NCBI GenBank assembly: GCA_003209195.1
Contig: QCSF01000003.1
Span: 14,874-78,873 of the forward strand
From: Pelagibacteraceae bacterium AG-470-E16
Lineage (GTDB): Bacteria; Pseudomonadota; Alphaproteobacteria; Pelagibacterales; Pelagibacteraceae
Reading direction: 5' to 3'
Length of the DNA stretch: 64,000 bases
Part shown: one piece after another, positions 51,647-60,451 of the stretch
Position numbering within the stretch: the stretch's first letter is position 1
How the letters are laid out: each line of letters begins with the position of its first letter
Made by a program: the position numbers and the translations under genes
The notes under the pieces: model-generated
Told to the model about the DNA's origin: nothing
Seen by the model: the letters and a program-made list of their open reading frames with translations, nothing else
Databases searched by the model: none

Positions 51647-52209
51647 TCATATTATCACTGTTAATTTTAATTTTTTCTAACACTAATGGGTTCTGCGAAA
51701 GATTTATACCTTTAGAATTATTTACTGGAGGTGAAATTAGAGATGATAATGAAATTAGATTTACTATTGCAAATAAAGTTTTTGGATCTAAAAAAAGAAA
51801 AAAAATTACAGGTCCAGAAAACTGGACAAATCCAATAAGTGGAAAAAATATTAAAGTTTATCGAAGAACTAGAGCAGGACAAAGTGGATTAAAAACACAA
51901 TTATTCACAATTACAAATAATGGCCAGTGCATGGGGAGAGTGTGGGATAGTAGACGTGGTGGAAAATTAATCGAAAATGGATGTAAATTCCCGCTGGGAA
52001 TTTGGAAAAAAAATGAAAAGAGAACTTTTCTAGGTAGCTCAGGAGGGAAACCTAGAAAAATTGAAATTAAGATTTTAAAATTAGGTAAAAAAAATAATAG
52101 TAAATTAATATTTAATTGGAAGCTTTATGATGCCTCAGATAAATTGATAGATAATAATGATTATACTTTTTCACCTGGAAAAGCTATGAGCGCTTTAATC
52201 GATCGGTGA
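51628..52209 (+). CDS. Secreted hypothetical protein
   Basis: N-terminal hydrophobic signal, RFIPLELFTG, CMGRVWDSR, CKFPLG.W; overlaps the hydrolase stop. Confidence 0.7.
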   Translation: MGRSSVIILSLLILIFSNTNGFCERFIPLELFTGGEIRDDNEIRFTIANKVFGSKKRKKITGPENWTNPISGKNIKVYRRTRAGQSGLKTQLFTITNNGQCMGRVWDSRRGGKLIENGCKFPLGIWKKNEKRTFLGSSGGKPRKIEIKILKLGKKNNSKLIFNWKLYDASDKLIDNNDYTFSPGKAMSALIDR

Positions 52210-52232
52210 TGAAATAAAATTATAATAAAAAA

Positions 52233-53600
52233 CTAATTTGTATTTAGCCAGCTATTAACACTATTTGACAGTTCAATACTTTCTATTTTATCCCTTAAAA
52301 TTTCAATCTTTTCATCGTCTAAAGCATATGCTGCTAATGATTTAAATTTTGATAATATTTGTTCTTTGGTTAAAGGGTTTTCTGGAGACCCCTTTCTATA
52401 TTTTTCAGTATGACTATATTTTTTATTATCTTTTGTTACCACTTCGACAGATGCCATATGTCTAAATTTGTGACCTAACTTTTCTATTTTTGGATCAACT
52501 TCAGCAGTTATTTTTTTCATAAAATTTAAAATCTCAGGACTAGATATTTTATCTTTACTAAATTGATTTACAAATAGTTCACCCTCAAGAGCAATCAATG
52601 CAAGACCATAGTAAATATTCATTTGTGCAGAGGTAATATTATGGTTTTTATAGTTCCATGCGCAATGAACATACGTCGGATGGCTAATTTTGGCTTTTAT
52701 ATTTTTGATATCTTTCGCTAAGATATTATTTTTTTCCATTATATTTTTAAGACAATCGAGAGCAGAATGAATACTTGTAACTGAGGCATATGGCTTAATG
52801 CCAGTGTTTATACATTCCCATTCTTTGAAAAGATTTCTAGTTGATCTAGCAAAATCATTTTTTCCTGAGAAACTTGATAAAAAACCTCCATAATTTGCTT
52901 CAACAATATTTTGTATTCCAGTGAAATTTTTTGCAGATAATTCAGCGGCTAAAACACCTGCTTGGGCAGCTCTGCCAGAATGAAGCCTTTTCACCATAGC
53001 ACCTTCTTGAGCAGCCATTAGGCCGGCACCTAAAGATCCAGCAATTCCAATTGCATTGGTCATTTGTTTAGTATTGAAATTCATTAATTTTCCTGCAGTT
53101 ATTGCTGCAGCTATTGTTCCATGGGTTCCCTGAGGGTGAAAACCTCTAAGTAAAAGTTCTGTACCAGCTGCTGACCCTATACGAGTCGAAACTTCATAGC
53201 CCGCAACCACAGAAGTTAAAAATTTTTTACCATTCGTATTTCCTATTTTTTCTGAAACGTTAATTGCAACAGGAACAATAATAGAATTTGGATGTAATAT
53301 TGACTCTCTATGAATATCATCTGACTCAAAACCATGACCAGCTGTAGAATTAATTAAAACTGCATTTAACAAAGATGTTTTAATGTTCGTACCAATTAAA
53401 CTACACTCTTTTACATCTTCTTCGTTTGTAACAACCTCTTTTAAGGTTTTCGTCCACTCTAAAGTATTACCATGGATACAACATCCAATACCATCTAAGA
53501 AAAGAAGCTTTAAATATTTTAAAATATTATTTGGAATTTTTTCGTATTCTAATTGTGCAGCAAATTCTGCAAGAGTTTTTGTAGCTCCGTTTTGACTCAT
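52233..53600 (-). CDS. MmgE/PrpD family protein 2 (cis-aconitate-decarboxylase-like subgroup)
   Basis: HGFESDDIH...LHP, ELLLRGFH, GLMAAQEGAMVKRLHSG, VEANYGGF, IKPYA, GSPENP. Confidence 0.87.
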   Translation of the reverse strand: MSQNGATKTLAEFAAQLEYEKIPNNILKYLKLLFLDGIGCCIHGNTLEWTKTLKEVVTNEEDVKECSLIGTNIKTSLLNAVLINSTAGHGFESDDIHRESILHPNSIIVPVAINVSEKIGNTNGKKFLTSVVAGYEVSTRIGSAAGTELLLRGFHPQGTHGTIAAAITAGKLMNFNTKQMTNAIGIAGSLGAGLMAAQEGAMVKRLHSGRAAQAGVLAAELSAKNFTGIQNIVEANYGGFLSSFSGKNDFARSTRNLFKEWECINTGIKPYASVTSIHSALDCLKNIMEKNNILAKDIKNIKAKISHPTYVHCAWNYKNHNITSAQMNIYYGLALIALEGELFVNQFSKDKISSPEILNFMKKITAEVDPKIEKLGHKFRHMASVEVVTKDNKKYSHTEKYRKGSPENPLTKEQILSKFKSLAAYALDDEKIEILRDKIESIELSNSVNSWLNTN

Positions 53601-53604
53601 GTGG

Positions 53605-53988
53605 CTATATTATTTTCCATATACCTTCTGCACTTGCCAGTAGTTTATCTTCACATTTTAACTGTCCGTACATAAAAATTAATGACCGAGTTTTCTTTTT
53701 AATTTTTGCAAAACCAATAATTTTATCTCCAGCTTTTGATCCACCTATAAAATTTGTATTTAGGCTTATTGTCACTGCACTCCCTTCAATTAGTTGATGT
53801 GCGGCAGTTCCCATTCCAGAGTCTAGCATTGACATTATATAACCACCATGAGTTACCCCACCTGCATTTATATGGTAGTCTTGAATTTCTGTTTTAAATT
53901 CATATTCATTTTCTGATAACTTACGAAACTCTAAACCGCCGTTATGTTTCATGAAACCGACTTTGCTAATATTTCTAAATTTGCTCAT
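53605..53988 (-). CDS. PaaI family (hotdog fold) thioesterase
   Basis: HINAGGVTHGG..MSMLDSGMG, VTISLNTNF. Confidence 0.88.
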   Translation of the reverse strand: MSKFRNISKVGFMKHNGGLEFRKLSENEYEFKTEIQDYHINAGGVTHGGYIMSMLDSGMGTAAHQLIEGSAVTISLNTNFIGGSKAGDKIIGFAKIKKKTRSLIFMYGQLKCEDKLLASAEGIWKII

Positions 53989-53994
53989 AATTAA

Positions 53995-54399
53995 TCATCC
54001 TTTAACTTTAAATTTTAGCGCTTTTCCATTATTACAATATCTTTTTCCAGTAGGTTGCGGACCGTCATCAAATAAATGTCCGTGATGACTTCCGCACTTT
54101 CTACATCGATATTCTGTCCTTGCATATCCAATATGATAATCTGTTTTAGTTTCAAAAGCCTCTGGTTTACATTCAAAAAAAGATGGCCATCCACTACCAC
54201 TTTCGTATTTTTTATCTGAATCGAATAGAAGAGTATCACAAGCCGCACAATGATACGTTCCTTTTCTTTTTTCTTCATTTAAACTACTGCTACCTGGGCT
54301 TTCAGTACCATCCTCTCTCATAATTTTATATTGTTCAGAATCTAATATTTCTCTCCAATTTATACTTTTTTTATCTTGGAATTCTGTCATAAGTTTCAA
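53995..54399 (-). CDS. msrB: Peptide-methionine (R)-S-oxide reductase (start TTG 54399 or ATG 54390)
   Basis: GTE, CAAC, SGSGWPSF, RTE..CRKC, HHGHLFDDGP, RYCNNG. Confidence 0.95.
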   Translation of the reverse strand: MKLMTEFQDKKSINWREILDSEQYKIMREDGTESPGSSSLNEEKRKGTYHCAACDTLLFDSDKKYESGSGWPSFFECKPEAFETKTDYHIGYARTEYRCRKCGSHHGHLFDDGPQPTGKRYCNNGKALKFKVKG

Positions 54400-54411
54400 A
54401 TTAGTTTAATG

Positions 54412-54428
54412 ATTTCATATTGTAAAAT
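54412..54428. promoter_or_regulatory. Second copy of the putative IclR operator, in the msrB / tcuA-like divergent gap
   Basis: ATTTCATATTGTAAAAT; reverse complement ATTTTACAATATGAAAT compared with GTTTTACAATGTGAAAC at 48387-48403. Confidence 0.6.
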
Positions 54429-54473
54429 AAATTTTACCTTTAAATTATTAAATTTTTCATTAAACATTACAAT

Positions 54474-55943
54474 ATGAATAATTATGATGTTGTTATTATT
54501 GGCGCTGGAAACGCAGCTCTGTCTGCAGCCTTATCAGCAAAGGATAATGGTGCAAAAAAAATATTGGTTTTAGAAAAAGCGACAAAAAAAGAAAAAGGTG
54601 GCAACAGCAGATATACTAATGGTGCATATCGATTTGCATACAATGGTTTTTCAGATTTAAAAAAAATAATTCCAACCCTTAAAAATTCAAATAGCGTTGA
54701 TTATGGAAAATATACTGTTAATGATTTTTTAAAAGACATGCAAAAAGTTACAGATGGAAAAACAGATAAACAGCTGTCTAAAATTTTGAGTTCTAAAAGT
54801 TTTGAAACTGTGCATTGGTTGAGTAAAAAAGGTTTAAAATTTACCCCAATAGAGGGTAGACAATCTTTTAAGGTCGATGGTGTAATGAAATATTGGGGAG
54901 GTTTAACTCTTGAAGTTAATGGACAAGGGGAGAAACTAATAGACTCAATGTTAAAAATTATAAAAAAAAATGGAATTAAAATACAATACGACTCGGCAGC
55001 AACTGATTTAATATTTGAAGATAATATCGTTAAAGGTGTCGAGATTTTATATAAAAATAAACCAAAAAAGATTTTTGCAAACTCAGTTGTTTTAGCCTGT
55101 GGTGGTTTTGAGTCTAGTCCTGAGATGAGAACAAGATACCTTGGACCTGGTTGGGAAATGGCCAAAGTAAGAGGAACAAAACATAACACTGGCGATGGAC
55201 TAACTATGGCAATGAAAATAGGGGCGTCGCCATATGGGAATTGGTCAGGATGCCATGCAGTGTTTCACGATATGAACGGCCCAGAATTTAGTGATTTAAA
55301 AATAAGTAATAAATATAGAAAAATTAGTTACCCATGGGGAATAGTTGTTAATGCTGATGGTGAAAGATTTGTTGATGAGGGTGAGGATTTTAGAAATTAT
55401 ACCTACGCAAAGTTTGGTCGTGAAGTTATAAAGCAACCTAATCAAATAGGTTGGCAAATATTTGATCATAAAGTTCGTCATATGCTTTATCCTGAGTATG
55501 ATGTGAAATCTGCAACAATGGTAAAAGCTAAAACCATAGAAGAACTAGTTAAAAAATTATCTGGGGTCAATAGCTCCAAAGCACTAAAAACAATTAACGA
55601 ATTCAATAACTCTGTAAGAGACGATATAAAATACGATCCAACAATAAAAGATGGAAAATGCACTGAAGGTTTAAAAGTAAATAAAACAAACTGGGCAAAC
55701 AAAATAGATCAAGCTCCGTTCTATGCCTACGGAGTAACATGCGGAATTACTTTTACTTTCGGTGGATTAAGAGTTGATAAAAATTGTCAGGTTTTAAATA
55801 AAGTTATGAAGCCAATTAAAGGATTATACGCTGCTGGAGAAATGGTTGGTGGAATATTTTATTTTAACTATCCTGGAGGAAGTGGCCTTACATCAGGAGC
55901 GGTCTTTGGAAAAATTGCTGGCAATTCTGCTGCTTTAAATTAA
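54474..55943 (+). CDS. FAD-dependent oxidoreductase, tricarballylate dehydrogenase TcuA-like
   Basis: GAGNAA, GGNSRYT, LACGGFE, VRGTKHNTGDG, SGCHAV, RFVDEG, GITFTFGG, YAAGE.VGG, NYPGGSGLTSGAVFG. Confidence 0.82.
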   Translation: MNNYDVVIIGAGNAALSAALSAKDNGAKKILVLEKATKKEKGGNSRYTNGAYRFAYNGFSDLKKIIPTLKNSNSVDYGKYTVNDFLKDMQKVTDGKTDKQLSKILSSKSFETVHWLSKKGLKFTPIEGRQSFKVDGVMKYWGGLTLEVNGQGEKLIDSMLKIIKKNGIKIQYDSAATDLIFEDNIVKGVEILYKNKPKKIFANSVVLACGGFESSPEMRTRYLGPGWEMAKVRGTKHNTGDGLTMAMKIGASPYGNWSGCHAVFHDMNGPEFSDLKISNKYRKISYPWGIVVNADGERFVDEGEDFRNYTYAKFGREVIKQPNQIGWQIFDHKVRHMLYPEYDVKSATMVKAKTIEELVKKLSGVNSSKALKTINEFNNSVRDDIKYDPTIKDGKCTEGLKVNKTNWANKIDQAPFYAYGVTCGITFTFGGLRVDKNCQVLNKVMKPIKGLYAAGEMVGGIFYFNYPGGSGLTSGAVFGKIAGNSAALN

Positions 55944-57001
55944 AAAGGACATTTGACATTTAGTTTTGTACTAAGTGCTTTTAGATCATTTGCTACTTCA
56001 TACGGTATCAGTATTCCATTTTTTAAGTTCTTTTGTTCTGTTTCATATTCAGGTTCACCAGGATGCATGATTTTGCTAAAGTTATTAGCTTTTTTCAATT
56101 TTTTAACTTTACTAATTCCATACTCTATTTTTTTAATAAAACTTTTTTTATTTTGAAATAAATCAGCTTTTAAACATATTATAAAATGACCCACATTTGC
56201 AGGACCTGTAAAATCATTTCCGAATTGATTTTTAACATTACCACTATGAAAACCTCCAGTAAATATTCCTGCAATGATATCCATCATCCAAGAAATACCT
56301 GCCCCTTTCATACCACCAAAAGGTAACATTATTCCTTCGAATGCTTTGGCACCATCGTTTGTAGGTTTTCCGTTTTTATCTAAAGCTAGACCGTATGGTA
56401 TTTTTTTTCCGTTTTTAGCAGCAAATTTTAATTTCCCACGTGCAACTGCTGAACAAGCCATGTCTAATATAAATGGTTTATTTTTGTTTGCGGTTGGTGC
56501 TCCAAAAGCAAATGGTGCGGTACCAAAATGTGCGGCCATTGCTCCATATGGCGGTAAAGCAGGTGAAGAGGAAGTAAACATCCATGCAATACAATTATTA
56601 TTTGTTGCTATTTCCAAGTAATTTGCCGCCATCCCAAAATGATTACTGTTATAAATACCAGCTATTGCTACTCCACTTTTTTTTGCTATTTGAACACATT
56701 TTTTCATTGCAAGAGTTGATGTAACAAAGCCTAATGAATTATCTCCATCGATGTGGAGAATATTTTTTGAAATTTTTTTAAATTTTATTTTTGGCATTGG
56801 ATTTGCAACTTTTTTTTCAATACGTTTACAATATATTGGCACTCTCACAACGCCATGAGACCATATCCCTCGAATATCTGCTCTCACTAGCCCTTTAGAA
56901 ATTATAGAAGCATATTTTTTTGGCACATTATACTTTTCATAAATACGACAAATAAATTTCTGCAGTATATTATGCTTAATATTAATATTTTTTTTATTCA
57001 T
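55940..57001 (-). CDS. Ldh_2 family oxidoreductase (malate/L-lactate/L-sulfolactate/ureidoglycolate dehydrogenase family)
   Basis: ADIRGIWSHG, NSNHFGMA, LDMACSAVARGK, PFGGMKG, PGEPE. Confidence 0.9.
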   Translation of the reverse strand: MNKKNINIKHNILQKFICRIYEKYNVPKKYASIISKGLVRADIRGIWSHGVVRVPIYCKRIEKKVANPMPKIKFKKISKNILHIDGDNSLGFVTSTLAMKKCVQIAKKSGVAIAGIYNSNHFGMAANYLEIATNNNCIAWMFTSSSPALPPYGAMAAHFGTAPFAFGAPTANKNKPFILDMACSAVARGKLKFAAKNGKKIPYGLALDKNGKPTNDGAKAFEGIMLPFGGMKGAGISWMMDIIAGIFTGGFHSGNVKNQFGNDFTGPANVGHFIICLKADLFQNKKSFIKKIEYGISKVKKLKKANNFSKIMHPGEPEYETEQKNLKNGILIPYEVANDLKALSTKLNVKCPF

Positions 57002-57068
57002 TTAAATTATCTTTTATCTGTATCATTTTTTTAAAATATTACATATTGTATAGAGCAAACTTAATTTA

Positions 57069-58142
57069 ATGAAAAATCTAAAATTTTTAGTTCTAGAAGG
57101 TGACGGAATAGGCCCAGAAATAACAAAGGCATCTACTGATGTCTTGAAAGCTGCTCTTGATAAGTTTAACGTGAGTGTTGAGTTTATTTATGAAGATATC
57201 GGTTTTGTTTCTTTAAAAAAATTTAAAACAACTTTTAGAAAAGAGATCTTAAAAATTGGAGAAAAATGTGACGGTATCATACTTGGAACCTGTTCTCATA
57301 ATGATTACCCTCCAACTAATTTAGGAGGATTAAACCCATCAGGTGTTATTAGAAAATATTATGATTTGTATGCTAATGTAAGACCAGCAAAAAATAGACT
57401 TGGTAAATCAACTAAATTTCCAATGGGAATTGATTGTATTGTAATGAGGGAAAATACTGAGGGATTTTATTCAGATAGAAATATGTATCAAGGTGTTGGT
57501 GAATTAATGCCAACTAAAGATTGCGCAATATCAATCAGAAATATTACAAGAAAAGGATCAACGCGAATTGCAGAAATTGGATTTAAATATGCGCAAGAAA
57601 GAAGAAAAAAACTTGTAGCTATTCACAAGGCAAATGTTTTAAGATTTAGTGATGGGCTTTTTTTAGAGTGTGTGCGTGAAGTATCAAAAAAATATCCTGA
57701 CGTTGAATACAAAGAGCAAATCGTTGACTCTATGTCAGCTTTAATAATTAGGGACCCATCAATATTTGACGTAATCCTTGCAACAAATTTATTTGGGGAT
57801 AATTTATCAGACGCAGCTTCAGAGATTGCTGGTGGACTTGGTCTAGCCGAGTCAATTAATGCTGGAGATGATTACTGTATAGCACAAGCACAACATGGAT
57901 CAGCACCAGATATTGCAGGAAAAAATATTGCCAATCCGGTTTCACTTGTGGGATCTACTGCAATGTTATTGGACTGGTTAGGTAAAAAAAAAAATGAAGA
58001 AAAATTAAAAAAAATATCAATGTTGATTGAAAACGCGATAGATAAAACTATAATTAATAAAGAAACTAGAACACCAGATATAGGAGGAGAGTTGTCTACC
58101 ACAGAGTTTACAAAAAAATTAATTGAAAATCTTAATAATTGA
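57069..58142 (+). CDS. Isocitrate/isopropylmalate/tartrate dehydrogenase family beta-decarboxylating dehydrogenase
   Basis: GDGIGPEI, LYANVRP, RENTEGFY, HKANV, NLFGDNLSD, QHGSAPDIAG, TPDIGG. Confidence 0.9.
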   Translation: MKNLKFLVLEGDGIGPEITKASTDVLKAALDKFNVSVEFIYEDIGFVSLKKFKTTFRKEILKIGEKCDGIILGTCSHNDYPPTNLGGLNPSGVIRKYYDLYANVRPAKNRLGKSTKFPMGIDCIVMRENTEGFYSDRNMYQGVGELMPTKDCAISIRNITRKGSTRIAEIGFKYAQERRKKLVAIHKANVLRFSDGLFLECVREVSKKYPDVEYKEQIVDSMSALIIRDPSIFDVILATNLFGDNLSDAASEIAGGLGLAESINAGDDYCIAQAQHGSAPDIAGKNIANPVSLVGSTAMLLDWLGKKKNEEKLKKISMLIENAIDKTIINKETRTPDIGGELSTTEFTKKLIENLNN

Positions 58143-59185
58143 ATTATAGTTTTAGAATGGAAATTTATAAAAAGCCAATAACAGAAAATTGTGTCTGGAA
58201 AGTTTCAGATTTTAAAAGCGAAAGCGAATGGACTTATTATTTTTCTGAAGATGAAATATTAGAATTAGAAAATGCAGCAAGTCAGATAATTAACAAAAAT
58301 TTAGCACCAAATTTATTTTCAAAAAAAAATTTTGTATTGAATAAATTAGAAAAAGTTTTAGCAGACCAATTAGATATTCTTCAAAATGGAAGAGGTTTTA
58401 TAAGGTTAAGAGGTATACAACCAAAAAAATACGATGAATTAACTTTGCGAACTATTTATTGGGGAGTTTGCTCACATTTTGGATCTGGTATTCCTCAAAA
58501 CTCCAAGGGTGAATTAATGAGTGGTGTTAAAGATTATGGAGATAAACTTAAAAGTGACAATCCCTATCGCGAAGGGATTAGGTTGCATAGAACGACAGCT
58601 AAAATTGATGCTCATACAGATAGCTGTGATCATGTTGCATTATTATGCGTCCAGAGAGCCAAAGAAGGAGGAGAGAGTGGAGTAATTAGTGCACTTGCTC
58701 TTTACAACGAAATCTTAAAAAATAAACCTCAGTATTTAGAACCACTTTGCAGAGGTTTCTTCATCGATTTGATCGGCAAAGGAAAAACAGAGAAAGAGTT
58801 AAGCTCCCATCCAATACCAGTGTTTAGTTATTATGGTGGTAAGATGTGTTCGAGATTTAATAAAGTCCAAATTGAACTAGGTGCAGAAAAAAAATCTGGT
58901 GGTCTAGATAATTTAAGTCAAGAAGCAATAGATTATGTCCAACACCTAACTGAGAATGACGATTTTCATTTAAAGATGATGTTAGAGGAAGGTGATATTC
59001 AAATTTTAAATAATAGAGTTACTTATCATACGCGAACAAAGATTTTAGACCACGAGTGTCCTACAAAAAAAAGGTTGCTTTATAGAGTTTGGTTAAATGC
59101 ACCAGAACCACGACCAATGCATCCAAATTTTGCAAACCAACTAAATACAGGACAACGTGGCGGTGTCACTAAGCGAATTAATTAA
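58139..59185 (+). CDS. TauD/TfdA family Fe(II)/2OG dioxygenase (start TTG 58139 or ATG 58157)
   Basis: HTD facial motif, GGES, GDIQILNN..TYHTR, RLLYRVW. Confidence 0.85.
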   Translation: MNYSFRMEIYKKPITENCVWKVSDFKSESEWTYYFSEDEILELENAASQIINKNLAPNLFSKKNFVLNKLEKVLADQLDILQNGRGFIRLRGIQPKKYDELTLRTIYWGVCSHFGSGIPQNSKGELMSGVKDYGDKLKSDNPYREGIRLHRTTAKIDAHTDSCDHVALLCVQRAKEGGESGVISALALYNEILKNKPQYLEPLCRGFFIDLIGKGKTEKELSSHPIPVFSYYGGKMCSRFNKVQIELGAEKKSGGLDNLSQEAIDYVQHLTENDDFHLKMMLEEGDIQILNNRVTYHTRTKILDHECPTKKRLLYRVWLNAPEPRPMHPNFANQLNTGQRGGVTKRIN

Positions 59186-59187
59186 TC

Positions 59188-60357
59188 TTGACAACCTCTC
59201 ACCCAACGGATGCTAAAGATCTAGAAATTAAAAATCATAAATGTTTTTTCGTTGGCGGAGTAAAAAAAAATGTTGATAGTAAAGAAATTGTAAAAGGGAC
59301 TATGTATGTCGAGCAGTTCACACCAAAAAATCATAAAAAAAATCTAAAAATTATTTTCATTCATGGAGGCGGACAAACTGGAGTAGGTTTTTTAGGTACG
59401 CCAGATGGGCGTAGAGGTTGGGTTCATGATTTTTTATTTGCAGGATTTGAAGTATTTGTTGTTGACCAGCCAGGAAGAGGGAGATCAGGATATTCGATCA
59501 AGTTATATGGAGATTACATTGACAGAGAATTAGACGTAGATGACTGTGAGAGAAGATTTACTTCTATGAAGGACTTAGGAAATTGGCCACAAGCTAAGTA
59601 TCATTCTCAATGGCCGGACCAAGGTAAAAGAGGAGGTAAATATTTTGAACAGTTTTTAGCTTCACAAGTTAATACCATGTCAGATCGTGTAGAAATTGAA
59701 AAAATGTCACGTGTCGCACTTTCAGAACTTTTAGATTTAATTGGTCCAGCTTTTGTTCTTGGGCATAGTCAAGGTGGACCATTTTGTTGGTTAGCTGGTG
59801 ATGTTAGGCCAAAAAAAATACTAGGTTTACTTGCAATTGAGCCTAATGGACCACCATTTTATAACGTTGCTTACGGAGGACATAAACAATCACATTTGAA
59901 AAATTCGAAAACAGAAAAAAAAAGAAAAGGAGATAAAGATTGGTATGTAACAGCTACCGAGCCCGATCGCCCAGGTGGAATTACATATTTACCTTTAACT
60001 TTTGAACCATCACTAAAGGAAAATGAAAGTTTAAATCCTAAATTAGACGGGGAACAAACAAGTGAAAAACTGGTTCAGTGTTATTTACAAGAAAAACCAG
60101 CACGAAAATTAAAAAATCTTATTGATATTCCGATATTGATCTTATCTTCAGAGGCTTCATATCATGCACCATATGACCACGGAACAAGTAACTTCCTTAA
60201 ACAAGCAGGTGTTAAGCACGATTTTTTCAGACTGGAGGATCATAATATTAGAGGAAATGGTCATATGATGATGTTAGAAAAAAATAATCACCAAATAGCT
60301 GATTTTTTATTAAATTGGATAGAAAATAGAACTCACGGATTTAGTGCTAAAAGTTAA
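59188..60357 (+). CDS. Alpha/beta hydrolase (TTG start)
   Basis: MYVEQ, FIHGGGQTG, TPDGRRGW, DQPGRGRS, GHSQG, GNGHMMMLE. Confidence 0.85.
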   Translation: MTTSHPTDAKDLEIKNHKCFFVGGVKKNVDSKEIVKGTMYVEQFTPKNHKKNLKIIFIHGGGQTGVGFLGTPDGRRGWVHDFLFAGFEVFVVDQPGRGRSGYSIKLYGDYIDRELDVDDCERRFTSMKDLGNWPQAKYHSQWPDQGKRGGKYFEQFLASQVNTMSDRVEIEKMSRVALSELLDLIGPAFVLGHSQGGPFCWLAGDVRPKKILGLLAIEPNGPPFYNVAYGGHKQSHLKNSKTEKKRKGDKDWYVTATEPDRPGGITYLPLTFEPSLKENESLNPKLDGEQTSEKLVQCYLQEKPARKLKNLIDIPILILSSEASYHAPYDHGTSNFLKQAGVKHDFFRLEDHNIRGNGHMMMLEKNNHQIADFLLNWIENRTHGFSAKS

Positions 60358-60451
60358 TAATTTCGTTAATCAAAGACACTTTAATATATTTACTTTAGCT
60401 TCAATATTTGTTTAGTAGTTGTATATATATATAAATTATAGGGGGAAAATA

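Noticed and set aside
57069-58142. Gene symbol leuB or icd
   Set aside because: Family membership is clear, but the variant motifs and catabolic context leave specificity unresolved
60415-60440. (TA)n run upstream of tctC as an IclR operator or phase-variable repeat
   Set aside because: A short low-complexity AT run that is only trivially palindromic; poor match to the informative positions of the motif
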